Shown here one piece after another: positions 29,108-38,931 of a DNA stretch of 64,000 bases. Both the position numbers and the translations under genes were made by a program. Below the pieces are notes generated by a model. It saw only the letters and a program-made list of their open reading frames with translations. It ran no database searches and was not told where the DNA came from. The first letter of the stretch is position 1; each line of letters begins with the position of its first letter. The stretch is from Turneriella sp. (GTDB taxonomy: Bacteria; Spirochaetota; Leptospiria; Turneriellales; Turneriellaceae), in NCBI GenBank assembly GCA_965279515.1, contig CBDIID010000003.1, forward strand, positions 2,496,001 to 2,560,000, written 5' to 3'.

Positions 29108-29689
29108 TTATTGCGTGGCAGGCCTCTTCACAGTATCGACGAAGATATATGCACACATAACCGTAATGGACAACGAAAGCAATCCCCCGCTGACCCGAAG
29201 CAGCATGGCAAAGAGTTCCTTATGCATAAAGAACAGCCCGAAGGTATGGAGCACAACCGAAAAAGCCAGTACCACACCCCAGAGAATCTTCATCTTCTCA
29301 GAGGCACTGGACCAAAGGAAAAGGATAATCAGTGAAAAATAAACCAGGCTTTGTCCGTTCAGGTGCGTATGCCCCAGCTTGAAATTTTCATAGATGAACC
29401 AGTCGACGGCCTTAACTTTGACAGATTCCGTGTCGGCCTCAATGACTACACCGGAAGATTGCCCGTCGTCAGCCTTTTGTGCCGCCTTCATCGCCGACGA
29501 GGGGTCGATGGGCGCTGAGGCCGCATTACCAGCGACACCCTTGCGTTCGATCGATTTATCGCTCGTCAGGCCGTGGTGCCATGAGCTGAGTATTAAGGCT
29601 ACAACCAGAATGCTGCCCATAAGCATTGTGTAGATCGCGATCAGGGTTTTTGCGGACCCCGGAAAATTGCGGATATTCGGCCAGTTCAT
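29108..29689 (-). CDS. Four-TM membrane protein with His motifs
   Basis: Hydrophobic segments; GHTHLNG, VLHTF. Confidence 0.65.
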   Translation of the reverse strand: MNWPNIRNFPGSAKTLIAIYTMLMGSILVVALILSSWHHGLTSDKSIERKGVAGNAASAPIDPSSAMKAAQKADDGQSSGVVIEADTESVKVKAVDWFIYENFKLGHTHLNGQSLVYFSLIILFLWSSASEKMKILWGVVLAFSVVLHTFGLFFMHKELFAMLLRVSGGLLSLSITVMCAYIFVDTVKRPATQ

Positions 29690-29778
29690 GGCGGCAAGCG
29701 TACATTCGTGGGTGCATAGGACAAGCCTTTTTCCCGATTAGCAGCCCGGATTTTGTGCACAGTTGTTACGACATGAAT

Positions 29779-31197
29779 TTAATCGCTCTTCACAACCTTA
29801 GCCAAAAGGTTGACTTCGGCAGCGGTTAACTCTTCAATCGGCCGCCCGCGCGTCAGTTCTTTGATTGCCTCGGTGGATTGTTTGAGCCGCGTGCGCAGCG
29901 ACGCCGCCAGGGATTCTTCTGTGTAATAAGACGCCCTGCGCAGAATGCTGCGCGCCATCCACAGGGTGCTTACTGTGACAATAAAGGTATTGATAGTGAT
30001 CTGTAACCATGTCGGCATCAGATTGATATTGGGGCGGCCCGCGAAAAAATAGAAGGTGTTAAACGTCGCCCATGCGCAGATAATGAGCATGCGGTGTCGT
30101 ATATCTTCCTTTGTTGTGTGCGGATTGATACGGACCGCGATTTTCGCATAGACCCATTCGATCGCGCGCCAGGCAAGATAACTCAGCAGAATACTCGCTG
30201 CCATCGCCAGCGGAGCCGCGATAATTTTCGGGATATCGATACTTTGTCCCAGAATAAAAAAGCCGGGGCTTAAAAGCTGGTTCAGCTGCATGTTTTCTTC
30301 ATGCGTCCAGGCGCCTGAAAAGTAATAATCCCAGCCGCCACTATAGAGAAAGTAGTAGAAATAAAACATAAAAACCATACCGAAATAGCCGTAGTAGGCA
30401 AAACGGGTACCGGGCTGCAGATAGGTTTCCCAGTGGCTGCGTTCGAGATCAATATCGGGGCATGGCGAGGCGCAGGCGACGCAGACCGATTGATCGCCGT
30501 CTTTGCCCGGTGCACGGCACATCGACTGGCTCACAGGCTGCTTCGGTACATGCGCTTTCGATTCCAAAAGGCCGCGGGGGGATGTATAGATTTTCTGGAT
30601 CGGCGCGATCGGGCAGAAATAATTACACCAGGTTTTGCCGCCGTAGATGAGGCCAACCAGAATTGCCGCCGAAATAATGCCGATAAAAAATGCCCCGAGC
30701 ACCCAGCGGTCTGAGTTGATAAACAATAGCCGCGCCGTGACCCCGGTACTCAGGAAAATAAACTGAATGGGAAAATGGTATTTACTCAGAAAGGAATCCG
30801 CGGCAATCGTCGCTGGCTTTCTTTCAATCTTACCCGTCTGGCGGTTGAAAGTCTTCTTCAGCCACTGGATGCCGAGATAGTAGGGAATGCGTGAAGCGAA
30901 GGAAAGCGGGCAGATACGGCGCCATGCCTCGTGACCCAGCAGCATGATAATCATCGGCACGCAGGGGAGCACCATCGTCCAGAACATGCGAGCGCCCATC
31001 GCATACGGCTTCTGCTCGAGCACCTGCCCCTGCACCGTGACGGGTATATCTTTGATACGGAACGGAGTGCCACTGTCAGCCGCCGTCAGCTTAATCGTTA
31101 CCGGGTCCCAAAATAATGAGACGATGAGCGTAGCCCAGGCGGCAAAGAGTATAAGACGGACGGTGAGCATCCTGCGTTCGGGAGCCTTGGCAAACAT
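29779..31197 (-). CDS. Polytopic membrane 4Fe-4S protein (NapH/MauN-like)
   Basis: WRRICPL, WCNYFCP, CVACASPCPDID; multiple TMs. Confidence 0.8.
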   Translation of the reverse strand: MFAKAPERRMLTVRLILFAAWATLIVSLFWDPVTIKLTAADSGTPFRIKDIPVTVQGQVLEQKPYAMGARMFWTMVLPCVPMIIMLLGHEAWRRICPLSFASRIPYYLGIQWLKKTFNRQTGKIERKPATIAADSFLSKYHFPIQFIFLSTGVTARLLFINSDRWVLGAFFIGIISAAILVGLIYGGKTWCNYFCPIAPIQKIYTSPRGLLESKAHVPKQPVSQSMCRAPGKDGDQSVCVACASPCPDIDLERSHWETYLQPGTRFAYYGYFGMVFMFYFYYFLYSGGWDYYFSGAWTHEENMQLNQLLSPGFFILGQSIDIPKIIAAPLAMAASILLSYLAWRAIEWVYAKIAVRINPHTTKEDIRHRMLIICAWATFNTFYFFAGRPNINLMPTWLQITINTFIVTVSTLWMARSILRRASYYTEESLAASLRTRLKQSTEAIKELTRGRPIEELTAAEVNLLAKVVKSD

Positions 31198-32973
31198 TTA
31201 AACCTCGATCTCTACGTAGTTTTTAGCGCGGGAAACGCAGGTCAGTATATATCCCGCTTCACGATCCACGTCGGTCAGCCCGGGCGTGTCTTCACATTCG
31301 ACTTCGCCCTTGATTTTCATAGCACGGCACGTGCCACAGGTGCCGGCACGGCATGAGGATGGTATTTCGATACCTACCTCTTCAGCCAGTTCGAGTATTG
31401 GAATATCCATGTCGCCACCGAAGACTTCGAGGGCCGAGAGGGAAAAATGCACGATCGGGTTAAGGCCCTTTTCACCGGGGGTCGCCCTGGCGGGACTATG
31501 GCGTGCCGCCGGTGCAGGAACCGTATCGACCTTGGGCTCTGCTGCCGTCGGGGTCGCATCAGCCTTGGGCGCACCGGAACCAAAACTCTCCTGGCGGAAG
31601 CGCTCCTTAACGGGAAAGTTGTTTTTTTCGAGAAGGAGTTTTACGTTCTTCATGAACGAATCGGGGCCGCACGTAAATACCATGCGCTCGGATAAATCAG
31701 GAGCTATCTGAAAGAGTCTTTCTTCATTGAGACGCCCCTTCATGCCGGGCCAGCTATCGGGTATCGAGGTCGAAGTGAACGACGTCATATACCTGAAGTT
31801 GCGGTTCGCCGACGTAAAGGTAATCATATCCTCCGCAAAGACCGCATCTTCAGGCTCGCGTATCGAGTGAAAGAATATGACATCCGGGTGGGCACCGGTA
31901 TCATGCCACCAGCGCGCCATCGACAGCATCGGTGTGATGCCGCTGCCGGCGGCGAGAAACAGGTACTTGTCAGATGTCGTATCGAAACAATGGAATTTTC
32001 CCGCCGGCGGTTTCATCATGATCGTGTCGCCGATGTTCATGCGGTCGTGCAGGTAATTGGAGACAAGGCCATTCTTCAGCCGCTTCACCGAAATTTCGAT
32101 GAGGTGGGGCCGCGAGGGACTCGATGAAATCGTATAAGAGCGCAGTGCACGTTTACCATCGATCATGAGCTCGAGCGTAACGAACTGCCCGGGCTTGTAA
32201 AAGAACAGCGTCGGCTCTTCGGCCATGAACTGGAAGCTCTTGAAGTCATGGCTGCGCTCGATCATGCCGATACAGCGCATCGCCCGCGCGCCCTTCGTCC
32301 AGAACTGGAGGCGTTCGGGATTCACCGCATCGTGTTCGCTCCAGGGTACAAGTTTGAGCACTGAGATAATAGCGGCAGGGTTTTCAAAAGATTTCTCGCT
32401 GATGGCCGGCAAAACAGGCTCGGGCATAGCTGCAGCGGGCACGGCTTTAACTTCTGCAGGCAACGGCGCGATGGCTGCAGGCGCGGCAAAGGCGGGCTTT
32501 TCGGTGGCAGCCGGGGTACTGGTCGCTGCGCTGCGCAACGCGGGATAAAAGCGGCTCATCTGGAAATAGCGCTGCAAATCAGAAAGCGCGGAATCGTCGC
32601 TCTTCAGAAGCCGCGCCAATGCATCTACAAGACCCGCCGTCTGTTTCCGTTTTTTCCCCGACGCAGCCCGGTGTACCGCGCTCAGCATCTGTAAGATCGC
32701 CGCCCGCAGATTTTCATCCACCTTATGCGTGAGCAGGCTCAGTTCGAGCGGCGGGGGCGGGCCCTGTTTCACATATTCGCGCCAGAGTTTCGGATAACGG
32801 TCGCTCAGCTCGCTCTTCAGCGGACCGTGCGTGGTATTGGTTTTACCCCCACCCAGGAATTCAAAAAAGGCTTCGGCTTCGGCGGGGGTGACTTCGCGGA
32901 CGAGATCGGCCTGCCAGACAAAAAACGCAAAAACCGTCTGCGGCAATTTATTCTCGTGCACACCTTCGGTCAT
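31198..32973 (-). CDS. FAD/NAD(P)H oxidoreductase with C-terminal 2Fe-2S ferredoxin (Hcr/PaaE-like) and an extra N-terminal domain
   Basis: PGQF, RSYTISS, GLVS, AGSGITP, CGP, CRAGTCGTC...C. Confidence 0.9.
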   Translation of the reverse strand: MTEGVHENKLPQTVFAFFVWQADLVREVTPAEAEAFFEFLGGGKTNTTHGPLKSELSDRYPKLWREYVKQGPPPPLELSLLTHKVDENLRAAILQMLSAVHRAASGKKRKQTAGLVDALARLLKSDDSALSDLQRYFQMSRFYPALRSAATSTPAATEKPAFAAPAAIAPLPAEVKAVPAAAMPEPVLPAISEKSFENPAAIISVLKLVPWSEHDAVNPERLQFWTKGARAMRCIGMIERSHDFKSFQFMAEEPTLFFYKPGQFVTLELMIDGKRALRSYTISSSPSRPHLIEISVKRLKNGLVSNYLHDRMNIGDTIMMKPPAGKFHCFDTTSDKYLFLAAGSGITPMLSMARWWHDTGAHPDVIFFHSIREPEDAVFAEDMITFTSANRNFRYMTSFTSTSIPDSWPGMKGRLNEERLFQIAPDLSERMVFTCGPDSFMKNVKLLLEKNNFPVKERFRQESFGSGAPKADATPTAAEPKVDTVPAPAARHSPARATPGEKGLNPIVHFSLSALEVFGGDMDIPILELAEEVGIEIPSSCRAGTCGTCRAMKIKGEVECEDTPGLTDVDREAGYILTCVSRAKNYVEIEV

Positions 32974-33060
32974 CGTTTAACCTGCAGTGAAGACGAAGCT
33001 CGTCGTGTCAACGGCGAAAAGTGGTTGTGTGTGCCAAGGCCAGTATGCCTTAGGCCCCTT

Positions 33061-34005
33061 GTGGATGCGGAAGTCAAATTACGCGTTTCGTTCACCGGCA
33101 ACGGGGGCGAGTTTTTCATTTTGCTCATTAAGAATTTTTTTCTGACACTCATAACATTAGGTGTCTATAATTTTTGGGCACGCGTCAATGTGCAGCGCTA
33201 CTTCTATATGCACACGGAAATCGCCGGCGGGCGCATCGGCTGGCACGCCACCGGCAAAGAGCGCTTTGTGGGATTTCTCAAAGCGGCGGTGCTTTTGGCG
33301 ATCATCATCGGCCTCAACACACTGCTGATCAAAATCTCACCGTTTTTGGGCATCATTTTACCTATCGGCATTCTACTGCTGCTGCCCGCGATCATCGTGG
33401 CGATGTACCGCTTTCGCATGTCGCGCACCTCGTTCAACCAGGTGCGCCTGCGCTTTTTGGGCCGGCCCGGCAACCTCACGGCGCTGACCCTCAAGGGGGG
33501 ATTTCTCACCCTCATCACATTCGGCATCTATGCAGCATGGTTCTCCGCACAGCTGAGAACCTACCTCTACCGCCAAACGGTTATCGGTAGTTCGAGCTTT
33601 GACTATGATGGCAACGGTGGCGACATCTTTGTGATCTACCTCAAGGGTGTGCTGTTAACCATCATCACCTTTGGTATCTTCAACAGCTGGTTCACAGCCG
33701 AGATCGCTAACTACCACACGAACCATACACTGTTCCAGGGCCAGCGCCTCAGGGGCGACGTCGACGGCACGGATATCTTCCTTTTAAATTTTTTTGGACC
33801 GGTTCTTACTTTATTAACCCTTGGCGTGTGGCTGCCCTGGTGGCTGGTTAAACTCAGAAAAGTGATGCTACAGGGCGTGAGCCTGGGCGCACCACCCGAT
33901 ATCGATCTCATGCACGCGAACCCGGACACTGATGCCAGCGCACTCGCCGACGGTCTTGCCGATGCGGCGAGCCTCCTGGATAACATTGCGGACTTTCTGA
34001 CATGA
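33061..34005 (+). CDS. YjgN/DUF898 membrane protein
   Basis: FTGNGGEFF, repeated LTLITLGVY..W units. Confidence 0.88.
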   Translation: MDAEVKLRVSFTGNGGEFFILLIKNFFLTLITLGVYNFWARVNVQRYFYMHTEIAGGRIGWHATGKERFVGFLKAAVLLAIIIGLNTLLIKISPFLGIILPIGILLLLPAIIVAMYRFRMSRTSFNQVRLRFLGRPGNLTALTLKGGFLTLITFGIYAAWFSAQLRTYLYRQTVIGSSSFDYDGNGGDIFVIYLKGVLLTIITFGIFNSWFTAEIANYHTNHTLFQGQRLRGDVDGTDIFLLNFFGPVLTLLTLGVWLPWWLVKLRKVMLQGVSLGAPPDIDLMHANPDTDASALADGLADAASLLDNIADFLT

Positions 34006-35201
34006 TACACCGCACCGAAGCCACACACCTCGACGGTGTCAAACCCCGGCCGCGCCGCGGAAAACTCATCTACGACGGCGCGAACAAAGAACTGCATTTT
34101 TATGAAATGGACTCCGAAACGCAGACGGAAAAATTCGCTTTTTCGCTCGATAAAAACCATGCGTATGAAATCCGCACACGGGCAAATGAACAACTGATCG
34201 AATGGCGCATCAAGGGCAACCATACCAGCGCGCTGATCGTCATCAGCGATCTCAAATTCACACGCCTGGTGCGCGACAAGTACCTCTCGCATAAAAATAT
34301 TTTCTGGCGCTATGCCACGTATGTCTGGTCCGAATCTTTTGGCCGCGTCATTATCGCCCTTGCGGTAGCGCTGACGGTGACTGGTATTGGCGCCCATTAC
34401 TTCATGGAGAATAGCTACCACCTGATACCAGTCACCTGGGACAAAAGTGTGGGCGACCAGGCAGAAGTGGGCCTCAAGGAATTCGGCGCCATCTGTGCCT
34501 CGCCCGAAACAGTGCGCGATCTCAAAAAATTCCTCCCCTATTTTAAAGAGGCGGGAACTCCCCACCAGTATGATATCCAGGTTCTGAAATCGCCGGTGGA
34601 GAACGCCTTTGCCCTGCCCGGGGGCAAAATTACCGTATTCTCGGCAACTGTGCAAAAGGCAAAAAACTATGAAGAGCTCGCCGGCATTCTTGCGCACGAA
34701 GTCGGTCACGTCGAGCGGCGCCACGGCATGCAGCAGCTCAGCCAATACATGACGCTTCGGCTGATTTTAACGCTGGCATTCGGCATGACCGACGATGCCA
34801 GTATACTCTCCTTCGCCGCGGATGCGGGCGCCCTGCTACTGCTGCTGAAAAATTCGCGCGACCACGAGCGTGACGCCGACGCATTTGCCGCGCAGAAGCT
34901 CGGCGAGGCCGGCATCTCGAGCAAGGCCATCCGCCAGTTTTTTGAACGTATCGGCCAGGAGCATAAAGCCGAGATTTCGAGCGTGCCCGACTTTGTGCTG
35001 ACGCATCCCGCGGATGACGACCGCATCCGGTTTTTCGAGCGCCATGAGACTAAAAATAAAACACAGATCCGCGCTGCTGCCGAAAGATTGAATCCCGATA
35101 TCCGTTACCTTCTGCAGCAGAAGCCGGTACTCTCCGCTGCATGCAGAGCTTCCGCTGATCTTAAAAAAGACAGCGAGAACGAAGAAACCGAGGGGGATTA
35201 A
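34002..35201 (+). CDS. M48-family metallopeptidase
   Basis: NAFALPGG, LAHEVGH, ERDAD, THP; ATGA overlap with the DUF898 gene. Confidence 0.9.
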   Translation: MIHRTEATHLDGVKPRPRRGKLIYDGANKELHFYEMDSETQTEKFAFSLDKNHAYEIRTRANEQLIEWRIKGNHTSALIVISDLKFTRLVRDKYLSHKNIFWRYATYVWSESFGRVIIALAVALTVTGIGAHYFMENSYHLIPVTWDKSVGDQAEVGLKEFGAICASPETVRDLKKFLPYFKEAGTPHQYDIQVLKSPVENAFALPGGKITVFSATVQKAKNYEELAGILAHEVGHVERRHGMQQLSQYMTLRLILTLAFGMTDDASILSFAADAGALLLLLKNSRDHERDADAFAAQKLGEAGISSKAIRQFFERIGQEHKAEISSVPDFVLTHPADDDRIRFFERHETKNKTQIRAAAERLNPDIRYLLQQKPVLSAACRASADLKKDSENEETEGD

Positions 35202-35237
35202 AAAAACGGCCCACCATCATCCGATGGTGGGCTTTTC
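35201..35237. terminator. Bidirectional terminator-like hairpin
   Basis: A run-gcccaccatc-atcc-gatggtgggc-T run. Confidence 0.75.
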
Positions 35238-35321
35238 AGTGAGACAACATGAAGGCGGAATCCGTGGGCAACTCCGCCGAGCTATTCACCCTCAAGCAAA
35301 GAGCATGCCATTTCCTTTGCC

Positions 35322-35410
35322 CGCCCCCATCCCAAAGTCTGGGGGAAGGGCGCAGTGAAACTCTTTCTCCCCTTGCCCCGGACTCGGGGAAAGGGGCCGG
35401 GGGTTAGGGG
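35322..35410. repeat. Two C/G-run REP-like palindromes
   Basis: cgcccccatccc...gggggaagggcg and ccccttgccccg-gact-cggggaaagggg-ccgggggttagggg. Confidence 0.55.
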
Positions 35411-35462
35411 CGTTCGGACAATATCTCCTCGACGCATTGTTCAGATTTTTACGCCTGCAAGC

Positions 35463-36392
35463 ATGTCGGAACTTGTCCCCAGCGACCTGCGCACAGATAT
35501 CACTAAGTGGGTCGTCGGTCTCGGAACCCGGTTCGCCTTCAATGAGCGCACGCCTCTGCCAATGTTGCGCAAGCTCATCGATCAGATTGGCCTCATCGCG
35601 CGGCCCGCGCCTGAATGCGAATTGCAGCAGGGCACAATCGATACGATCGCTTATGATTTCTGGACACCGGCAAAACTCGCACCGGGCCGCCTGATTATCT
35701 ATAGCCATGGCGGTGGTTATACCATGTTCTCGCGGCGCACGCACCGCGGCCTCGCCTCGCGGCTGGCGCAGGAACTCGAGGCGCAGGCGATCGTCTATGA
35801 CTACCGGCTGGCGCCGGAGCACAAATTTCCCGCGGCTATCGACGATGCGCTCATCGTTTACAGGCATGTGCTGGCCCTCGGTTTTGATCCTGAAAAAATT
35901 ATTTTTGCGGGCGATTCGGCGGGTGGCGGCATCACCTTCGCACTCATGCTCGCTGCGCGTGACGCCGGCCTGCCTCTGCCGGGGCTGGCTATCGGCCTTT
36001 CGCCCTGGGTTGATATGACAGCATCGGGTTTCAGTATGCGTGAAAATGCCGACAAGGATGTCATGTTAAAACCAGGCGGCATCGCAAAATTTGCGGTGAA
36101 GTATCTGGGTGGGGCAGAGCCGCGGCACCCGTATGCATCCCCCCTCTTTGCCGACCTGAAGGGATTGCCGCCCGTGATGCTGCAGGCCGCGGGGGATGAA
36201 ATTCTGCGCGACGACTCGGTGCGTCTCGCCGCGGCTTTACGCGAAGCCGGGGTCAGGGTAGAACTCGATGTCTGGCCTGGTCTCTTTCATGTCTTTGAGT
36301 TCGCCTGGCGCTGGTTACCACAGGCCGAAGAAGGAATGCGCAAAATCGGTGAATTTGCGCACCGCCACTTCGCGAGCGCCAAAAAAAAGTAA
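35463..36392 (+). CDS. HSL-family alpha/beta hydrolase (esterase)
   Basis: HGGG, YRLAPEH, GDSAGG, E.LRDD, H. Confidence 0.92.
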   Translation: MSELVPSDLRTDITKWVVGLGTRFAFNERTPLPMLRKLIDQIGLIARPAPECELQQGTIDTIAYDFWTPAKLAPGRLIIYSHGGGYTMFSRRTHRGLASRLAQELEAQAIVYDYRLAPEHKFPAAIDDALIVYRHVLALGFDPEKIIFAGDSAGGGITFALMLAARDAGLPLPGLAIGLSPWVDMTASGFSMRENADKDVMLKPGGIAKFAVKYLGGAEPRHPYASPLFADLKGLPPVMLQAAGDEILRDDSVRLAAALREAGVRVELDVWPGLFHVFEFAWRWLPQAEEGMRKIGEFAHRHFASAKKK

Positions 36393-36484
36393 CAAGCCGT
36401 CACCGTACGGGCGGGTTTCGGACATTTTTTACTTGTGCCGTTACGGTAACTTTGGTTTCGGTGCGTGTGCATGAACCGACGGCT

Positions 36485-37564
36485 ATGTCGCAGCCCGATA
36501 CTTTCATCGAGCATTATGAGCGAAAAATCCACAGCCAAAAGCAGCTCATTGAGCTTTCCAAAGCCCTCAATTCAAACCTCGACCTCAAGTCGCTGATTGA
36601 TTCGATTCTGAACGTCAGTATTGCGCAGAGCCGCTGCCTGCAGGCCGGTATTTATCTCGTACCTGAAATCGACCACCATGGGCTGGTGCTCAACGAAAAC
36701 TTTGTCGGCTTCGAAATTACCGACGCCGACGACTTTACGATTCCTTATAAGAGTGATCTTGTGAAACTGCTGTCGGAGTACCCAACGCTGCTGACGCTCG
36801 CTGAAATCAAAAACATCGCCGCGGCGACCGACCATTCGAGTCTCGCGCAAGTCAATTACCGCGATGCCGTGCTGCAGCTCTCGCGGCTCAACGACAGGCT
36901 ATTGCTGATTCCGCTCAAGGCCAAGGGGCGTATCAACGGCATTCTTGTCATGGGCCCCAAGTCTGACGGTGAAGAATATCTCGCAGAAGAAAAAGCCTTT
37001 GTCTCTGACCTCGCTTCGCTGGCGGCTATTGCGGTTGAAAACGCACGGCTCTATGAACTCGCGACGGTTGATATGATGACGAAACTCAAGATCCATCATT
37101 TCTTTCAGACCCGGCTGCGTGAAGAAATGGAAGTGGCGCGCGAGAACGGACAGCCGCTGAGCCTGCTTTTGACCGATATCGATCATTTTAAAAAATTCAA
37201 CGACAGCTATGGCCACCAGATCGGCGATCTTGTACTCAAGGAAGTCGCCAAGGTGCTCATCAACACCGCGCGGGGTAAAGACATCGCCGCGCGTTATGGC
37301 GGCGAAGAATTTGCCCTCATTGCGCCGGGGCGTGACCTCGCTGCCGCCCGCGCGATCGCAGAAAAGTACCGCGAACGTATTGAAAAGCTTGCGGTTAAAA
37401 ATCCCACCAACAAGGGCGACAAGCAGCTGAAGGTGACAGTCTCTGTTGGTGTGGCAACCTTTGACCCGGCTGCCGACCAGGAGAACAAACATATTATCGA
37501 GCGCACCGACCAGGCGCTCTATGCCGCAAAACATGCGGGCAGAAACCGCGTAGAAGTCAAATAG
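36485..37564 (+). CDS. GAF-GGDEF diguanylate cyclase
   Basis: DIDHFKKFNDSYGH, RGKD I-site, RYGGEEF. Confidence 0.92.
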   Translation: MSQPDTFIEHYERKIHSQKQLIELSKALNSNLDLKSLIDSILNVSIAQSRCLQAGIYLVPEIDHHGLVLNENFVGFEITDADDFTIPYKSDLVKLLSEYPTLLTLAEIKNIAAATDHSSLAQVNYRDAVLQLSRLNDRLLLIPLKAKGRINGILVMGPKSDGEEYLAEEKAFVSDLASLAAIAVENARLYELATVDMMTKLKIHHFFQTRLREEMEVARENGQPLSLLLTDIDHFKKFNDSYGHQIGDLVLKEVAKVLINTARGKDIAARYGGEEFALIAPGRDLAAARAIAEKYRERIEKLAVKNPTNKGDKQLKVTVSVGVATFDPAADQENKHIIERTDQALYAAKHAGRNRVEVK

Positions 37565-37651
37565 TCACCAGCCTTGCCGGCAACCTCGGGATATTCATCG
37601 AATCCCTGTGGTTTTCCTTGACGCCCCCATTTCAATACGAAGTTGAGCAGC

Positions 37652-38104
37652 ATGGCTGAACTCAGCAAAGACATTGTTGGCCGCAAAATGGATCCTTTCA
37701 CGTTCACCGTCGAACGCGGCAAAGTGAAGGAATTTCTCCAGGCAATCGGCGAAAAGAACCCCATTTATTGGGACATTACTGCCGCGAAAGCCGCAGGCTA
37801 CAGCGACACTCCCGTTCCCCTGACATTCCAGACTGCATTTACCTTCTGGGGTTACGGCGATAAATTCTGGACCGACATCGAATCTTTCGGCATCGATACC
37901 AAACGCCTGCTCCACATGAAAGAAGAATATACCTACCTCGAGCCGATTTACCCAGGCACGACTGTCACCTGCCAGGTTGAAGTCATCGACGTCAAGGTCG
38001 GTAAAATGAATATGGTAACTTTCAAGAATACTTACAGTGACGGTAAAGGCAAGGCCTTCATCGAAGCCGAGATGGCCATTGTCATCCGCCCGGAGGGTAT
38101 GTGA
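37652..38104 (+). CDS. MaoC-like dehydratase partner subunit (HadA-like)
   Basis: VERGKVKEF..AIGE.NP.Y, P.P.TF. Confidence 0.8.
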   Translation: MAELSKDIVGRKMDPFTFTVERGKVKEFLQAIGEKNPIYWDITAAKAAGYSDTPVPLTFQTAFTFWGYGDKFWTDIESFGIDTKRLLHMKEEYTYLEPIYPGTTVTCQVEVIDVKVGKMNMVTFKNTYSDGKGKAFIEAEMAIVIRPEGM

Positions 38105-38138
38105 CAGGATGTCACTTAGTCGACGAGCCACGGATGGC
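38101..38138 (+). repeat. GGA-loop double-hairpin element, variant copy D
   Basis: gtgac-AGGAT-gtcac ttagtcgacga gcc-ACGGAT-ggc immediately before an AAGGAG RBS. Confidence 0.6.
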
Positions 38139-38155
38139 GTAAGGAGACATGTAAT

Positions 38156-38575
38156 ATGAGTAAAATCCAATTTGCAGCCGTGACCGAAGGTCAGGATATT
38201 CCCGAGCTGCGTGTCGGCCCGATTCAGCAGATGGACCTCGTGCGTTATGCCGGGGCATCGGGTGATTTCAACCCGATCCACAACGATAACGAATTCGCAA
38301 AATCTGCGGGGCTTCCCGGCACGATTGCCCACGGTATGTACATCATGGCGCTCATGGGTCGTCTCGTGACCAACTGGGCGAGCCCGGCACAGGTGAAATA
38401 TTACGGTGTTAAGTTCAAAGGCATGAGCCTTCCCGGTGAAACAATGGTTTTCACCGGCAAAGTTAAAAAGAAAAAAGAGGAGAACGGCGAGAAACTCATC
38501 ATGGTATCATTGACCGCCGCAAACGACAAAGGTGAAGTCAAAGTCGCGGGCGATTTGACCGTAAAAGCGGAATAA
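38156..38575 (+). CDS. MaoC dehydratase catalytic subunit (HadB-like)
   Basis: YAGASGDFNPIH...IAHGM. Confidence 0.88.
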   Translation: MSKIQFAAVTEGQDIPELRVGPIQQMDLVRYAGASGDFNPIHNDNEFAKSAGLPGTIAHGMYIMALMGRLVTNWASPAQVKYYGVKFKGMSLPGETMVFTGKVKKKKEENGEKLIMVSLTAANDKGEVKVAGDLTVKAE

Positions 38576-38592
38576 GTTTCGTCTAAAACAAT

Positions 38593-38922
38593 ATGGACAT
38601 ATCATTCGCAGATGTAGGCAACCACAAAGTGGTTCGGGTTATGGGCGATGTCGACCTCTATAACGTCGGCGACCTCAAACGCTCTGTTTTCGAACTTATC
38701 GACGAGGGCGAAGTTCAGTCGCTCATCATCGATATGGCGAATGTCAACTATATCGACTCCTCTGGCGTAGGCGCCCTGGTTGCCGCACAGAAGAAGATGA
38801 AAACACAGGGTGGCAAGTTTGGCCTGATGAGTCTTACCGAAGACGTTCTGAATATTCTCAAACTCGCGACGCTCGACCAGTTCTTCAAAATCTACGAAGG
38901 CGAAGCGCAGCTGCCCCAATAG
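38593..38922 (+). CDS. STAS anti-sigma-factor antagonist
   Basis: GDVDLYN, IDMANVNYIDSSGVGAL. Confidence 0.92.
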   Translation: MDISFADVGNHKVVRVMGDVDLYNVGDLKRSVFELIDEGEVQSLIIDMANVNYIDSSGVGALVAAQKKMKTQGGKFGLMSLTEDVLNILKLATLDQFFKIYEGEAQLPQ

Positions 38923-38931
38923 GGGATTTTC

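Noticed and set aside
33711..34745. 344-aa minus-strand ORF
   Set aside because: Antisense shadow of the well-supported DUF898 and M48 genes; no motifs.
37595..38332. 245-aa minus-strand ORF
   Set aside because: Overlaps two recognisable MaoC-type genes on the plus strand.
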